Sequence record: OP856590.1
Reading direction: 5' to 3' (one strand)
DNA from: Escherichia phage Ec_MI-02
Length of the DNA stretch: 64,000 nt
This document shows, piece after piece, positions 37,553 to 47,519 of this stretch. The position numbers were made by a program, and so were the translations under genes. The notes under the pieces are model-generated. The model had not been told where the DNA came from. It did not search any database and saw only the letters and a program-made list of their open reading frames with translations. The first letter of the stretch is position 1; each line of letters begins with the position of its first letter.

Positions 37553-38362
37553 ATGCTTAAAGAACAACTGATTGCTGAAGCGCAAAAAATTGATGCTTCC
37601 GTTGCTCTTGATAGTATTTTCGAATCAGTTAATATTTCTCCGGAAGCAAAAGAAACTTTCGGCACTGTATTCGAAGCTACCGTCAAGCAGCACGCCGTTA
37701 AATTAGCTGAATCTCATATCGCTAAAATTGCTGAAAAAGCAGAAGAAGAAGTAGAAAAAAATAAAGAAGAAGCCGAAGAAAAAGCTGAGAAGAAAATTGC
37801 TGAGCAAGCTTCTAAATTCATCGACCATCTTGCAAAAGAATGGCTCGCTGAAAATAAATTAGCAGTTGATAAAGGCATCAAAGCCGAACTGTTTGAATCC
37901 ATGCTAGGTGGATTAAAAGAGCTCTTTGTTGAACACAACGTTGTTGTTCCAGAAGAATCAGTTGATGTTGTAGCTGAAATGGAAGAAGAGCTGCAAGAAC
38001 ATAAAGAAGAATCAGCTCGTCTGTTCGAAGAACTCAATATGCGCGACGCATATATCAATTATGTGCAGCGTGAAGTGGCATTGAGCGAAAGTACTAAAGA
38101 TCTGACTGAGTCTCAAAAAGAAAAAGTCTCTGCTCTGGTCGAAGGTATGGATTATTCAGATGCATTCTCAAGTAAATTGAGTGCCATCGTAGAAATGGTG
38201 AAGAAGTCTAATAAAGATGAAAGCACTATTACTGAGGGTATAAATACTCCTGATACTGAAGCAGCCGGACTGAATTTCGTCACTGAAGCTGTAGAAGATA
38301 AAGCTGCACCTGGTGCAGAAGATATTGTAAGTGTATATGCGAAAGTCGCATCTCGTTTCTAA
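37553..38362 (+). CDS. 22: prohead core scaffold protein gp22
   Basis: 269 aa, same length as T4 gp22; acidic coiled coil. Confidence 0.93.
   Translation: MLKEQLIAEAQKIDASVALDSIFESVNISPEAKETFGTVFEATVKQHAVKLAESHIAKIAEKAEEEVEKNKEEAEEKAEKKIAEQASKFIDHLAKEWLAENKLAVDKGIKAELFESMLGGLKELFVEHNVVVPEESVDVVAEMEEELQEHKEESARLFEELNMRDAYINYVQREVALSESTKDLTESQKEKVSALVEGMDYSDAFSSKLSAIVEMVKKSNKDESTITEGINTPDTEAAGLNFVTEAVEDKAAPGAEDIVSVYAKVASRF
38239..38246 (+). promoter_or_regulatory. T4 late promoter TATAAATA for gene 23, embedded in gene 22 coding sequence
   Basis: Exact TATAAATA 135 nt upstream of the gene 23 ATG, inside the 3' end of gene 22. Confidence 0.5.
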
Positions 38363-38380
38363 TTTTAAAGGTTAACACAA

Positions 38381-39946
38381 ATGACTATCAAAACTAAAGC
38401 TGAACTTTTGAACAAATGGAAGCCATTACTGGAAGGTGAAGGTTTACCGGAAATTGCTAATAGCAAACAAGCGATTATCGCTAAAATCTTTGAAAACCAG
38501 GAAAAAGATTTCCAGACAGCTCCAGAATATAAAGACGAAAAAATCGCTCAGGCGTTCGGTTCTTTCTTAACAGAAGCTGAAATCGGTGGTGACCACGGTT
38601 ACAACGCTACTAACATCGCTGCAGGTCAGACTTCTGGCGCAGTAACTCAGATTGGCCCAGCTGTTATGGGTATGGTACGTCGTGCTATTCCTAACCTGAT
38701 TGCTTTCGATATTTGCGGTGTTCAGCCGATGAACAGCCCGACTGGTCAGGTATTCGCACTGCGCGCAGTATATGGTAAAGACCCAATCGCTGCCGGCGCT
38801 AAAGAAGCATTCCACCCAATGTATGGTCCAGATGCAATGTTCTCTGGTCAGGGTGCTGCTAAGAAATTCACAGCTCTGGCTGCTAGCACACAAACCACAG
38901 TAGGTGATATCTATACTCACTTCTTCCAGGACACTGGTACTGTGTATCTGCAAGCTTCTGCTCAAGTAACAATTAGTGCAAGCGCAACTGACGCTGCTAA
39001 ATTAGATGCTGAAATTAAGAAACAAATGGAAGCTGGTGTACTGGTAGAAATCGCTGAAGGTATGGCTACTTCTATCGCTGAACTTCAGGAAGGTTTCAAC
39101 GGTTCTACCGATAACCCATGGAATGAAATGGGCTTCCGTATCGATAAACAAGTTATCGAAGCTAAATCTCGTCAGCTGAAAGCTGCTTACTCTATCGAAT
39201 TAGCACAAGACCTCCGCGCTGTTCACGGTATGGATGCTGATGCTGAACTGTCTGGTATTCTGGCTACCGAAATCATGCTGGAAATCAACCGCGAAGTTGT
39301 TGATTGGATTAACTACTCAGCTCAGGTTGGTAAATCTGGTATGACCCTGACTCCGGGTTCTAAAGCTGGTGTATTTGACTTCCAGGATCCGATTGATATT
39401 CGTGGTGCTCGCTGGGCGGGTGAATCCTTTAAAGCTCTGTTGTTCCAGATTGACAAAGAAGCAGTTGAAATTGCTCGTCAGACCGGTCGTGGTGAAGGTA
39501 ACTTCATTATCGCTTCCCGTAACGTAGTTAACGTTCTGGCTTCAGTTGATACTGGCATTTCTTATGCTGCACAGGGTCTGGCTACCGGCTTTAACACTGA
39601 TACTACCAAGTCAGTATTTGCTGGTGTTCTGGGTGGTAAATACCGTGTATATATCGACCAGTATGCTAAACAGGATTATTTCACTGTAGGTTATAAAGGT
39701 CCGAATGAAATGGATGCTGGTATTTACTACGCTCCATATGTAGCTCTGACTCCGCTGCGTGGTTCCGATCCGAAGAACTTCCAACCGGTAATGGGATTCA
39801 AAACTCGTTACGGTATCGGTATCAACCCATTTGCAGAATCCGCTGCTCAGGCTCCGGCTTCTCGCATCCAGAGCGGTATGCCTTCTATTCTGAATAGCCT
39901 TGGTAAAAACGCTTACTTCCGCCGTGTATATGTTAAAGGTATCTAA
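38381..39946 (+). CDS. 23: major capsid protein gp23
   Basis: 521 aa, same length as T4 gp23; codon usage biased as for a highly expressed gene. Confidence 0.96.
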   Translation: MTIKTKAELLNKWKPLLEGEGLPEIANSKQAIIAKIFENQEKDFQTAPEYKDEKIAQAFGSFLTEAEIGGDHGYNATNIAAGQTSGAVTQIGPAVMGMVRRAIPNLIAFDICGVQPMNSPTGQVFALRAVYGKDPIAAGAKEAFHPMYGPDAMFSGQGAAKKFTALAASTQTTVGDIYTHFFQDTGTVYLQASAQVTISASATDAAKLDAEIKKQMEAGVLVEIAEGMATSIAELQEGFNGSTDNPWNEMGFRIDKQVIEAKSRQLKAAYSIELAQDLRAVHGMDADAELSGILATEIMLEINREVVDWINYSAQVGKSGMTLTPGSKAGVFDFQDPIDIRGARWAGESFKALLFQIDKEAVEIARQTGRGEGNFIIASRNVVNVLASVDTGISYAAQGLATGFNTDTTKSVFAGVLGGKYRVYIDQYAKQDYFTVGYKGPNEMDAGIYYAPYVALTPLRGSDPKNFQPVMGFKTRYGIGINPFAESAAQAPASRIQSGMPSILNSLGKNAYFRRVYVKGI

Positions 39947-39961
39947 TCTTTGACGATTTAA

Positions 39962-39980
39962 GGGACCTTCGGGTCCCTTT
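39962..39980 (+). terminator. UUCG-tetraloop hairpin / terminator after gene 23
   Basis: gggacc-ttcg-ggtccc followed by a T-rich tract. Confidence 0.65.
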
Positions 39981-39994
39981 AGTTGTTTTTATGG

Positions 39995-40002
39995 TATAAA
40001 TA
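39995..40002 (+). promoter_or_regulatory. T4 late promoter TATAAATA for gene 24
   Basis: Exact TATAAATA 27 nt upstream of the gene 24 ATG. Confidence 0.65.
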
Positions 40003-40029
40003 AATCATATAAACCAAAAGGAAAGCGCA

Positions 40030-41313
40030 ATGGCTAAAATCAACGAACTTCTGCGCGAATCAACCACAACGAATAGCAACTCAATCGGTCGCCCAAATCT
40101 CGTTGCTTTGACTCGCGCTACCACTAAATTAATATATTCTGACATTGTAGCAACGCAAAGAACTAATCAACCTGTTGCTGCTTTTTATGGTATCAAATAC
40201 CTTAACCCAGATAACGAATTTACATTTAAAACTGGTGCTACTTACGCCGGCGAAGCTGGGTATGTAGACCGAGAACAAATCACAGAATTAACAGAAGAGT
40301 CTAAATTAACTCTCAATAAAGGCGATTTATTCAAATATAATAATATCGTTTATAAAGTATTAGAAGATACACCATTTGCTGATATTGAAGAAAGCGATTT
40401 AGAATTAGCTCTTCAGATTGCAATCGTTCTTTTAAAGGTTCGTCTATTTTCTGATGCTGCAGTAACAAGCAAATTTGAAAGCTCTGATAGTGAAATTGCG
40501 GATGCTAGATTCCAGATTAATAAATGGCAAACCGCAGTTAAATCTCGTAAACTTAAAACTGGCATCACAGTTGAATTAGCACAAGATTTAGAAGCAAATG
40601 GATTCGATGCTCCTAATTTCTTGGAAGATTTGCTTGCAACCGAAATGGCGGATGAAATCAATAAAGATATTCTGCAGTCTTTGATTACAGTATCAAAACG
40701 CTATAAAGTTACAGGAATTACTGATACTGGATTCATTGATTTGAGTTATGCATCTGCACCTGAAGCTGGTCGTTCATTATACCGAATGGTGTGTGAAATG
40801 GTTTCACATATCCAGAAAGAATCAACTTATACAGCAACGTTCTGCGTTGCTTCAGCTCGCGCCGCTGCGATTCTTGCTGCATCAGGTTGGTTAAAACATA
40901 AACCAGAAGATGACAAATATCTTTCACAAAATGCCTACGGGTTCTTAGCTAATGGTTTACCGCTTTATTGCGATACCAACAGCCCATTGGATTATGTAAT
41001 CGTGGGTGTAGTAGAAAATATTGGTGAAAAAGAAATTGTTGGATCAATTTTCTATGCTCCGTATACAGAAGGCCTTGACTTAGATGACCCTGAACATGTA
41101 GGTGCATTTAAAGTTGTAGTTGATCCAGAAAGTTTGCAGCCATCTATCGGTTTATTAGTTAGATATGCTTTATCTGCAAATCCTTACACTGTAGCAAAAG
41201 ATGAAAAAGAAGCAAGAGTAATTGACGGTGGAGACATGGATAAAATGGCGGGTCGTTCAGATTTGTCTGTTTTATTAGGTGTTAAGCTACCAAAAATTAT
41301 CATTGATGAATAA
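40030..41313 (+). CDS. 24: capsid vertex protein gp24
   Basis: 427 aa, same length as T4 gp24; gp23-like fold paralogue. Confidence 0.95.
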   Translation: MAKINELLRESTTTNSNSIGRPNLVALTRATTKLIYSDIVATQRTNQPVAAFYGIKYLNPDNEFTFKTGATYAGEAGYVDREQITELTEESKLTLNKGDLFKYNNIVYKVLEDTPFADIEESDLELALQIAIVLLKVRLFSDAAVTSKFESSDSEIADARFQINKWQTAVKSRKLKTGITVELAQDLEANGFDAPNFLEDLLATEMADEINKDILQSLITVSKRYKVTGITDTGFIDLSYASAPEAGRSLYRMVCEMVSHIQKESTYTATFCVASARAAAILAASGWLKHKPEDDKYLSQNAYGFLANGLPLYCDTNSPLDYVIVGVVENIGEKEIVGSIFYAPYTEGLDLDDPEHVGAFKVVVDPESLQPSIGLLVRYALSANPYTVAKDEKEARVIDGGDMDKMAGRSDLSVLLGVKLPKIIIDE

Positions 41314-41319
41314 AACAAA

Positions 41320-41340
41320 GGGACCTTTCGGTCCCTTTTT
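41320..41340 (+). terminator. bidirectional rho-independent terminator between gene 24 (+) and rnlB (-)
   Basis: gggacc-tttcg-gtccc + TTTTT on plus; A-run upstream gives a U-tract on the minus strand too. Confidence 0.7.
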
Positions 41341-41342
41341 AT

Positions 41343-42347
41343 TTAACTTACCAATTCAATCCAAGCCGGACGAAGTACATCTTGTACCATTTTAACTAAT
41401 TCCTTCTTAATCAAAGAAGGATTATCCGCTTGAGTTAGAGTAATACCTTCACGAGAAGTTTCTTCCAAAATATCTTGAACAGTTAGTCCCATCACCTTTC
41501 CAAAATCTTTTGGACCAATTTCGCCAATTTTAGAAATAACGTTATTTACTCGGTTCAGTGTAACGTAACAAGCTAAAATTCCCACCAATTTGTTATCAGC
41601 TTCTGACAGTTCAACTTTAGCTTTAATAGGCTTATCAGACTTTTTCTTTTCGCTAAATTTAGAGTTCTTGCATTTGATGGCTACACGATTGCGATTAGGC
41701 AGCCAAGAAGGATAACAAGGTTTCAATACATATCCTTCAGCGGTAAATACTTCGCCTTTTGCTTCGGCATTCCAAACGCATTTATTTGCATCAACTAATC
41801 CAGCGTGGTCTGCTGCAAAATTATAATCTTGGACGACAGAATCTAAATCATTTGGCAATTTAATAAGTTCTTCAAATTTACCGCGACCTAAAAGTGGAGC
41901 CATTTTAAATTTAAATGTATTACAGAATGATTCCATCATATAATCATCGACATAAGTCACATCACCACTTTCTGTAGTAACAATAATGTCAAACACATAA
42001 AAATCTTTATCGCCATAATCGACATTCTTCTGAATGCCAGGTCCGGCGAATTCACCGAAGACTTGATAAGATACAACCGCTGAAGTTTCCATAATATCTT
42101 GTACTGCTTTAATGGAATCAGCGTAATTCTTCAAAATAATTTCATACCCAAAGAAATCTTCAGCAGGAAGAATAGGACCAGTTCGTTTAGCACAAGTTAC
42201 TTTATCACGCTCAATAATCAATGAGAAATTTGTGCCATGAATCTTTTCACGAGCTACCCATTCGCCGCCAGTCAATCCTAAACTGTAAAGTTTTTCAATA
42301 AATTTAGAATTGTAATGATTTTCAAGACTGCTATACTTTTTAAACAT
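41343..42347 (-). CDS. rnlB: RNA ligase 2
   Basis: 334 aa, same length as T4 Rnl2; nucleotidyltransferase motif I KIHGTN (lysine-adenylate site). Confidence 0.93.
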   Translation of the reverse strand: MFKKYSSLENHYNSKFIEKLYSLGLTGGEWVAREKIHGTNFSLIIERDKVTCAKRTGPILPAEDFFGYEIILKNYADSIKAVQDIMETSAVVSYQVFGEFAGPGIQKNVDYGDKDFYVFDIIVTTESGDVTYVDDYMMESFCNTFKFKMAPLLGRGKFEELIKLPNDLDSVVQDYNFAADHAGLVDANKCVWNAEAKGEVFTAEGYVLKPCYPSWLPNRNRVAIKCKNSKFSEKKKSDKPIKAKVELSEADNKLVGILACYVTLNRVNNVISKIGEIGPKDFGKVMGLTVQDILEETSREGITLTQADNPSLIKKELVKMVQDVLRPAWIELVS

Positions 42348-42356
42348 AATTAATCC

Positions 42357-42635
42357 TCAAAATGTAATTTCTAACCAATCACCATCACGCTGATCACTAT
42401 TGGCTTTAAAGCTAAATCCTTCTTTTCTCAGCCAATCACCAATTTCTTCAGTAATCAATTTATCGCGAGCAGTACAATAATAACTAAAATATGTTTTACC
42501 TTGTTCAGCTGCTTTATTAGCAAGTTCCGAAAAATCTTTAATAAAACACTCTAGCTTAAACTGTTTACTTTTAAGTGCTTTTTCACGTAATTGATTAGCA
42601 AAAGATTCATTTTCATAAAGATCATACTGTTCCAT
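42357..42635 (-). CDS. 24.2: hypothetical protein 24.2
   Basis: 92-aa ORF between rnlB and hoc, as in T4. Confidence 0.7.
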   Translation of the reverse strand: MEQYDLYENESFANQLREKALKSKQFKLECFIKDFSELANKAAEQGKTYFSYYCTARDKLITEEIGDWLRKEGFSFKANSDQRDGDWLEITF

Positions 42636-42837
42636 TTTTCACCTTTTTATTAATATGCCTTTTTCTATAGACAACTTTTTCTCGAGTTTCAAATTTATTC
42701 TTAGCAGTCATAGCTCGAGCCCATAATACAGCCACTTCCTTTGCCTGTAAGTTCAATTCACGAGCAATTTCAATGAATGACTTTCCAGACTCATGAAGAG
42801 TAAACACCACAACCTCAGTTCTCATAATCAATCTCAT
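42622..42837 (-). CDS. 24.3: hypothetical protein 24.3 (possible HTH)
   Basis: 71-aa ORF; segment GKSFIEIARELNLQAKEVAVLWARA is HTH-like. Confidence 0.65.
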   Translation of the reverse strand: MRLIMRTEVVVFTLHESGKSFIEIARELNLQAKEVAVLWARAMTAKNKFETREKVVYRKRHINKKVKNGTV

Positions 42838-42904
42838 GTTATCGAGTTGGTGCCATTATATACATCATTTTCTGAGTGTGTTTTGTGTGCTTTCAAAATG
42901 AAGA

Positions 42905-42922
42905 AAGGGGCCGAAGCCCCTA
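42905..42922 (-). terminator. UUCG-tetraloop hairpin after hoc
   Basis: Minus RNA aggggc-uucg-gcccc-uuucuu, 4 nt after the hoc stop. Confidence 0.6.
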
Positions 42923-42925
42923 AGA

Positions 42926-44056
42926 TTATGGATAGGTATAGATGATACCAGTTTCTAAAGCAGTTTTATGAATGATGTATCCATTACGTGATTCTTGAAC
43001 ATCAACTTCTGGATAGTCTTTCATCATCTTCTGAAGGGTGTAACGATGCAGGTAGTATTTACTATCTGGATCTTCAGTTTTCCAATCTTTACCTTCTTCG
43101 GTCATTTTTTGGATTTCATCCATAACCCACCAACCGCACCAGATATAAGCCGAAGTACGATGTGGAAGAGGATGAACATAAGGCAATTCACCTTCTGGTT
43201 CTGGAGCAACTTTATCAGTTACCTGAACTTGACCTTCTGCTGTGATAGTTTTGCTATCATAATCAGTAGCGGTAACAGTTGCAGTAACTTCAATAGTTTG
43301 ACTTCCAATAGATGATGTATCAACCGTGTATACATTAGTTGACCCTTCTACTGGAGAAGAATCTTTCTTCCATGAATATTCGATTTGTGCTTCTTCTGGA
43401 GCATCCGTAACATTAGCAGTAAATGTAGCCGAAGCATCTTGCTGAACGTTAATAGAAGGAGGAGTCAATGTAACCTGTGGATTCATTGTTTTCTTATTAA
43501 CTGTTAATGATACTTCATTAGAAGTAACTTCCTTTTCATTGTAATTTTCTGCAGTTACTTGCGCTACACACTTAACTGTTTTAGCTCCAACTGTGGTAGG
43601 AGTATAGTTAAATGTAGTAGTAGTTTCTCCATCGACCAGAGAACCGTCAACATACCACTGATACGTAGCAGACGCTCCTGGTGGCTGTGAAGCCAAGGCA
43701 GCAGTAAATTGAACTGGGGTTCCAATTACTCCGGCAGCAGGATTAGCAGGAGTTACGGCTAACGTAGTTGTCTGTGTCTTATTTTGAACTGTGATAGTTG
43801 TAGTAGTTTCTGCTGTTTCAGGTTCAGATTCTGCAACTTGATTGGTTGCAACCACCTTAATAGTCTTTTGACCGGCAGGTCCTTTTAGTACATAACTAAA
43901 AGTTGCTTCAGATCCATCTTGTGGAACATCGTCTACAGTCCAAGCATATGTAATAGGTCCATCTCCAGTTTGACCACTGGGTGTAGCAGTAAACTGCTGA
44001 GTCTGATCTATAACTCCAGTAGGTGTTTTAGGAGTTATATCAACTGTAAAAGCCAT
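42926..44056 (-). CDS. hoc: highly immunogenic outer capsid protein Hoc (Ig-like domains)
   Basis: 376 aa, same length as T4 Hoc; T/V/S-rich beta-strand repeats typical of tandem Ig-like domains. Confidence 0.92.
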   Translation of the reverse strand: MAFTVDITPKTPTGVIDQTQQFTATPSGQTGDGPITYAWTVDDVPQDGSEATFSYVLKGPAGQKTIKVVATNQVAESEPETAETTTTITVQNKTQTTTLAVTPANPAAGVIGTPVQFTAALASQPPGASATYQWYVDGSLVDGETTTTFNYTPTTVGAKTVKCVAQVTAENYNEKEVTSNEVSLTVNKKTMNPQVTLTPPSINVQQDASATFTANVTDAPEEAQIEYSWKKDSSPVEGSTNVYTVDTSSIGSQTIEVTATVTATDYDSKTITAEGQVQVTDKVAPEPEGELPYVHPLPHRTSAYIWCGWWVMDEIQKMTEEGKDWKTEDPDSKYYLHRYTLQKMMKDYPEVDVQESRNGYIIHKTALETGIIYTYP

Positions 44057-44065
44057 AAGTTATCC

Positions 44066-44746
44066 TTATTTTAATGTTACGAAAGAAGAATTACGTGTTT
44101 CACGAATTAGAACTGATCCGTCACGATTAATGTAGTAAATTAAGCTAAATAAAGTTTGGTGCGCCGACGCGTGTTCAAAACTAGTTGGGTGAGATTTCCA
44201 ATCCGGAGTTTCAGCAATCCACTGGTAAATCCACCAAGGAACAGTGCAGAATCCTGGATTTTTTCCAATCAGCTGAAGATTCGGACTAAAGTTTTCCGGA
44301 AGAGTAAATACAGACGGCTTTTCAGATTCAATAATCTCAGCTACAGCCTGCTCGAATTTTTCTTCAACAAAAGGAGTATCTTCAATCAAAACATCGGTAT
44401 TTTCAGGAATTTTATCCGTTTCTACTACTTCAATTTTAATGTCAGATTTAACTGGAGAATCAATCAGAAGTGCTGCTTCTGGATTGACTTCTTCATCGTC
44501 ATATTTTAATCCATCTGCAGCATCAGCAGCATCTATTAAGTCTTTAATAGATAACCCATCAGTCTCTGGCATAGGTTCACTAGCGAGCTTCTGGAGAGCT
44601 TCTTCAATATCATTAACGATATTATCAAAAGATTTATTCTTTTTGACCTTTATACCAAACTGTTCAGCATATTCAGCTAATTTAGCTTTAGCTTCTTTAT
44701 TATCATCAAGAGCCTTCAGCTCTGCAATATAATCTTTATCTATCAT
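44066..44746 (-). CDS. inh: inhibitor of prohead protease Inh
   Basis: 226 aa, same length as T4 Inh; position between hoc and uvsW. Confidence 0.88.
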   Translation of the reverse strand: MIDKDYIAELKALDDNKEAKAKLAEYAEQFGIKVKKNKSFDNIVNDIEEALQKLASEPMPETDGLSIKDLIDAADAADGLKYDDEEVNPEAALLIDSPVKSDIKIEVVETDKIPENTDVLIEDTPFVEEKFEQAVAEIIESEKPSVFTLPENFSPNLQLIGKNPGFCTVPWWIYQWIAETPDWKSHPTSFEHASAHQTLFSLIYYINRDGSVLIRETRNSSFVTLK

Positions 44747-44759
44747 AATATTTCCTCAG

Positions 44760-44767
44760 TATAAATA
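44760..44767 (+). promoter_or_regulatory. T4 late promoter TATAAATA for uvsW
   Basis: Exact TATAAATA 30 nt upstream of the uvsW ATG. Confidence 0.6.
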
Positions 44768-44796
44768 TAGATATATTTATTACATGGTATTTAGAC

Positions 44797-46308
44797 ATGA
44801 CTGACATTAAAGTACATTTTTATGATTTTAGTCACGTGAGAATTGATTGTGAAGAAAGCACATTTCATGAACTCCGTGATTTCTTTAGCTTTGAAGCTGA
44901 TGGGTATCGTTTTAATCCAAAGTACAAATATGGTCACTGGGATGGACGAATCCGTCTTTTAGATTATAATCGTCTTCTTCCATTCGGCTTAGTCGGGCAA
45001 ATTAAAAAGTTCTGTGATAACTTTGGCTATAAAGCCTGGATTGACCCACAGATTAACGAAAAAGAAGAATTATCAAGAAAAGATTTTGATGAATGGCTTT
45101 CTAAATTAGAAATCTATTCAGGAAATAAAAGAATTGAACCGCATTGGTATCAAAAAGATGCAGTGTTTGAAGGATTAGTTAATCGTCGTAGAATTCTTAA
45201 TCTTCCAACATCCGCAGGTAAATCTTTAATTCAAGCTTTGCTCGCTCGATATTATTTGGAAAATTATGAAGGTAAAATTCTTATCATTGTTCCAACAACT
45301 GCTCTGACAACTCAGATGGCTGATGACTTTGTTGACTATCGTTTATTCAGTCATGCAATGATAAAGAAAATCGGCGGTGGAGCATCAAAAGATGATAAAT
45401 ATAAAAATGATGCACCAGTCGTTGTTGGTACATGGCAAACTGTAGTAAAACAACCGAAAGAATGGTTCTCACAGTTTGGAATGATGATGAATGATGAATG
45501 TCATCTTGCTACAGGAAAAAGTATTTCATCTATCATATCAGGTTTAAATAACTGCATGTTCAAATTCGGTTTGTCTGGTTCATTACGTGATGGCAAAGCC
45601 AATATCATGCAGTATGTTGGAATGTTTGGTGAAATATTTAAGCCAGTAACGACTTCTAAATTAATGGAAGATGGACAAGTAACTGAGTTAAAAATTAATA
45701 GCATTTTTCTTCGCTATCCCGATGAGTTCACTACTAAATTAAAGGGAAAAACTTACCAAGAAGAAATAAAAATTATTACTGGACTCAGTAAAAGAAATAA
45801 ATGGATCGCTAAATTAGCTATTAAGCTTGCACAAAAAGATGAAAACGCTTTTGTCATGTTTAAACACGTATCGCATGGTAAAGCTATTTTCGATTTAATT
45901 AAAAATGAATACGATAAAGTTTATTACGTATCAGGGGAAGTTGATACCGAAACTCGCAATATAATGAAAACCTTAGCTGAAAACGGTAAAGGAATAATTA
46001 TAGTAGCTAGTTATGGTGTATTTTCTACTGGTATTTCAGTTAAAAATCTGCATCACGTCGTTTTAGCACACGGTGTTAAATCTAAAATTATTGTATTGCA
46101 AACAATAGGTCGCGTATTACGTAAGCATGGTTCTAAAACAATCGCAACAGTCTGGGACCTCATCGATGATTGTGGTGTTAAGCCAAAATCTGCTAATACG
46201 AAAAAGAAATACGTTCATTTGAATTATCTTTTAAAACACGGCATTGATCGTATTCAGCGCTACGCAGATGAAAAATTTAATTACGTAATGAAAACAGTTA
46301 ATTTATAA
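44797..46308 (+). CDS. uvsW: UvsW RNA-DNA / DNA-DNA helicase
   Basis: 503 aa (T4 UvsW 502); SF2 helicase motifs: Walker A PTSAGKS, DEAH-like MMNDECH. Confidence 0.93.
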   Translation: MTDIKVHFYDFSHVRIDCEESTFHELRDFFSFEADGYRFNPKYKYGHWDGRIRLLDYNRLLPFGLVGQIKKFCDNFGYKAWIDPQINEKEELSRKDFDEWLSKLEIYSGNKRIEPHWYQKDAVFEGLVNRRRILNLPTSAGKSLIQALLARYYLENYEGKILIIVPTTALTTQMADDFVDYRLFSHAMIKKIGGGASKDDKYKNDAPVVVGTWQTVVKQPKEWFSQFGMMMNDECHLATGKSISSIISGLNNCMFKFGLSGSLRDGKANIMQYVGMFGEIFKPVTTSKLMEDGQVTELKINSIFLRYPDEFTTKLKGKTYQEEIKIITGLSKRNKWIAKLAIKLAQKDENAFVMFKHVSHGKAIFDLIKNEYDKVYYVSGEVDTETRNIMKTLAENGKGIIIVASYGVFSTGISVKNLHHVVLAHGVKSKIIVLQTIGRVLRKHGSKTIATVWDLIDDCGVKPKSANTKKKYVHLNYLLKHGIDRIQRYADEKFNYVMKTVNL

Positions 46309-46323
46309 GGGCTTCGGCCCTTT
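46309..46323 (+). terminator. UUCG-tetraloop hairpin after uvsW
   Basis: gggc-ttcg-gccc + TTT immediately after the stop. Confidence 0.55.
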
Positions 46324-46333
46324 GGAGAAAAAG

Positions 46334-46564
46334 ATGTTACTAGAATTTAAACAATTTCTTTATGAAGCTTCTATTGATGAATTTATGGGTAAAATTGCCT
46401 CTTGTCAAACGATAGAAGGTCTAGAAGAACTTGAAGCTTATTACAAGAAAAGAGTTAAAGAAACTGAATTAAAAGATACTGATGACATCTCTGTGAGAGA
46501 TGCTTTGGCAGGAAAAAGAGCTGAATTAGAAGATTCAGACGATGAAGTAGAAGAAAGCTTTTAA
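46334..46564 (+). CDS. uvsW.1: UvsW.1
   Basis: 76 aa from ATG 46334 (MLLEFKQFLYEAS...), acidic C-terminus; the track start at 46322 is a TTG. Confidence 0.8.
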   Translation: MLLEFKQFLYEASIDEFMGKIASCQTIEGLEELEAYYKKRVKETELKDTDDISVRDALAGKRAELEDSDDEVEESF

Positions 46565-46619
46565 ATTAAAAAAGGCCCAACCAAAAAGGAAGGGCCAAAA
46601 CTATAGACTAAAGGTCACA

Positions 46620-46787
46620 CTATAGCAAAAGTTGTGTTTCATTTAATTGTTCTTCCGAACTTTCTGAAACTGGTAGTTCTTTAATGTAATTATAACAAGG
46701 CCCAGGATGTACAGGACCTTTGTCTGTTTCAACAACCAATGCAGAATCGATTGGAGTTTTACAGACAACGCAAATCTTATCTGACAT
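46620..46787 (-). CDS. uvsY.-2: small Cys-containing protein (uvsY.-2-like), below the track length cutoff
   Basis: 55-aa ORF MSDKICVVCKTPIDSALVVETDKGPVHPGPCYNY... translated by hand; CxxC...C suggests a zinc-ribbon-like fold. Confidence 0.5.
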   Translation of the reverse strand: MSDKICVVCKTPIDSALVVETDKGPVHPGPCYNYIKELPVSESSEEQLNETQLLL

Positions 46788-46815
46788 GATTGTCTCCTCT
46801 AAATTATATATCTAT

Positions 46816-47040
46816 TTATATAACTCTCATATGCATATCAATGCCCATATCTTTAGAATAAAAATATTCATCAAGATATCCAGCAAATTTTCCTTTAACA
46901 TAAAGTACATCTTCACCGCATGGGTGGTCGGCCAGGATACGAATATCCTGACGCTTGAGATTATACTTTTTCATTAAGAATTGAATTTCCGTTTCGAATT
47001 CTTCTTCATAATTAAAAGCATCATCAATGCTATATCTCAT
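46816..47040 (-). CDS. uvsY.-1: hypothetical protein uvsY.-1
   Basis: 74-aa ORF directly downstream of uvsY with stop/start overlap. Confidence 0.75.
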   Translation of the reverse strand: MRYSIDDAFNYEEEFETEIQFLMKKYNLKRQDIRILADHPCGEDVLYVKGKFAGYLDEYFYSKDMGIDMHMRVI

Positions 47041-47453
47041 TATTTTCCAGCCTCAAATGCTCGCATGTCTTGAATATGCTTAATAGCAAATCCGCGTGAT
47101 TTAATAGCATCAAGAGCTCCGCTACAGAAATCCAATAAAATTCCCCAATATTGCAATGAAGTATCAACTTTTAAAACATCCTTATCAGCTGATAGAACTG
47201 TCTTCATTTCTGATTTCTCATAACGGTCCATACTAAATTCATCACCATCTCCTCGTCCCGAGTAGTAGTCTAATTTAGCTTTAAGAGCAACTTTTTTCTG
47301 TGCGTCAATTCTAAGCATTTCCTTTTTAATACTTGAATGCTTATTAAGCCATTTACTATATAACATCACATTATTAGCTGCTTCATACTGTAATTTAGTC
47401 GAATCTATAAACACATCTTTCTTCAATTCTTCTTGAAGATCTTCTAATTTCAT
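47040..47453 (-). CDS. uvsY: recombination mediator UvsY
   Basis: 137 aa, same length as T4 UvsY. Confidence 0.92.
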   Translation of the reverse strand: MKLEDLQEELKKDVFIDSTKLQYEAANNVMLYSKWLNKHSSIKKEMLRIDAQKKVALKAKLDYYSGRGDGDEFSMDRYEKSEMKTVLSADKDVLKVDTSLQYWGILLDFCSGALDAIKSRGFAIKHIQDMRAFEAGK

Positions 47454-47519
47454 ATTGTTCTCTATTCAATTGTTATTGGATGGACTTAGATTCATTATAC
47501 CACGTTTATACGTGAAGCA

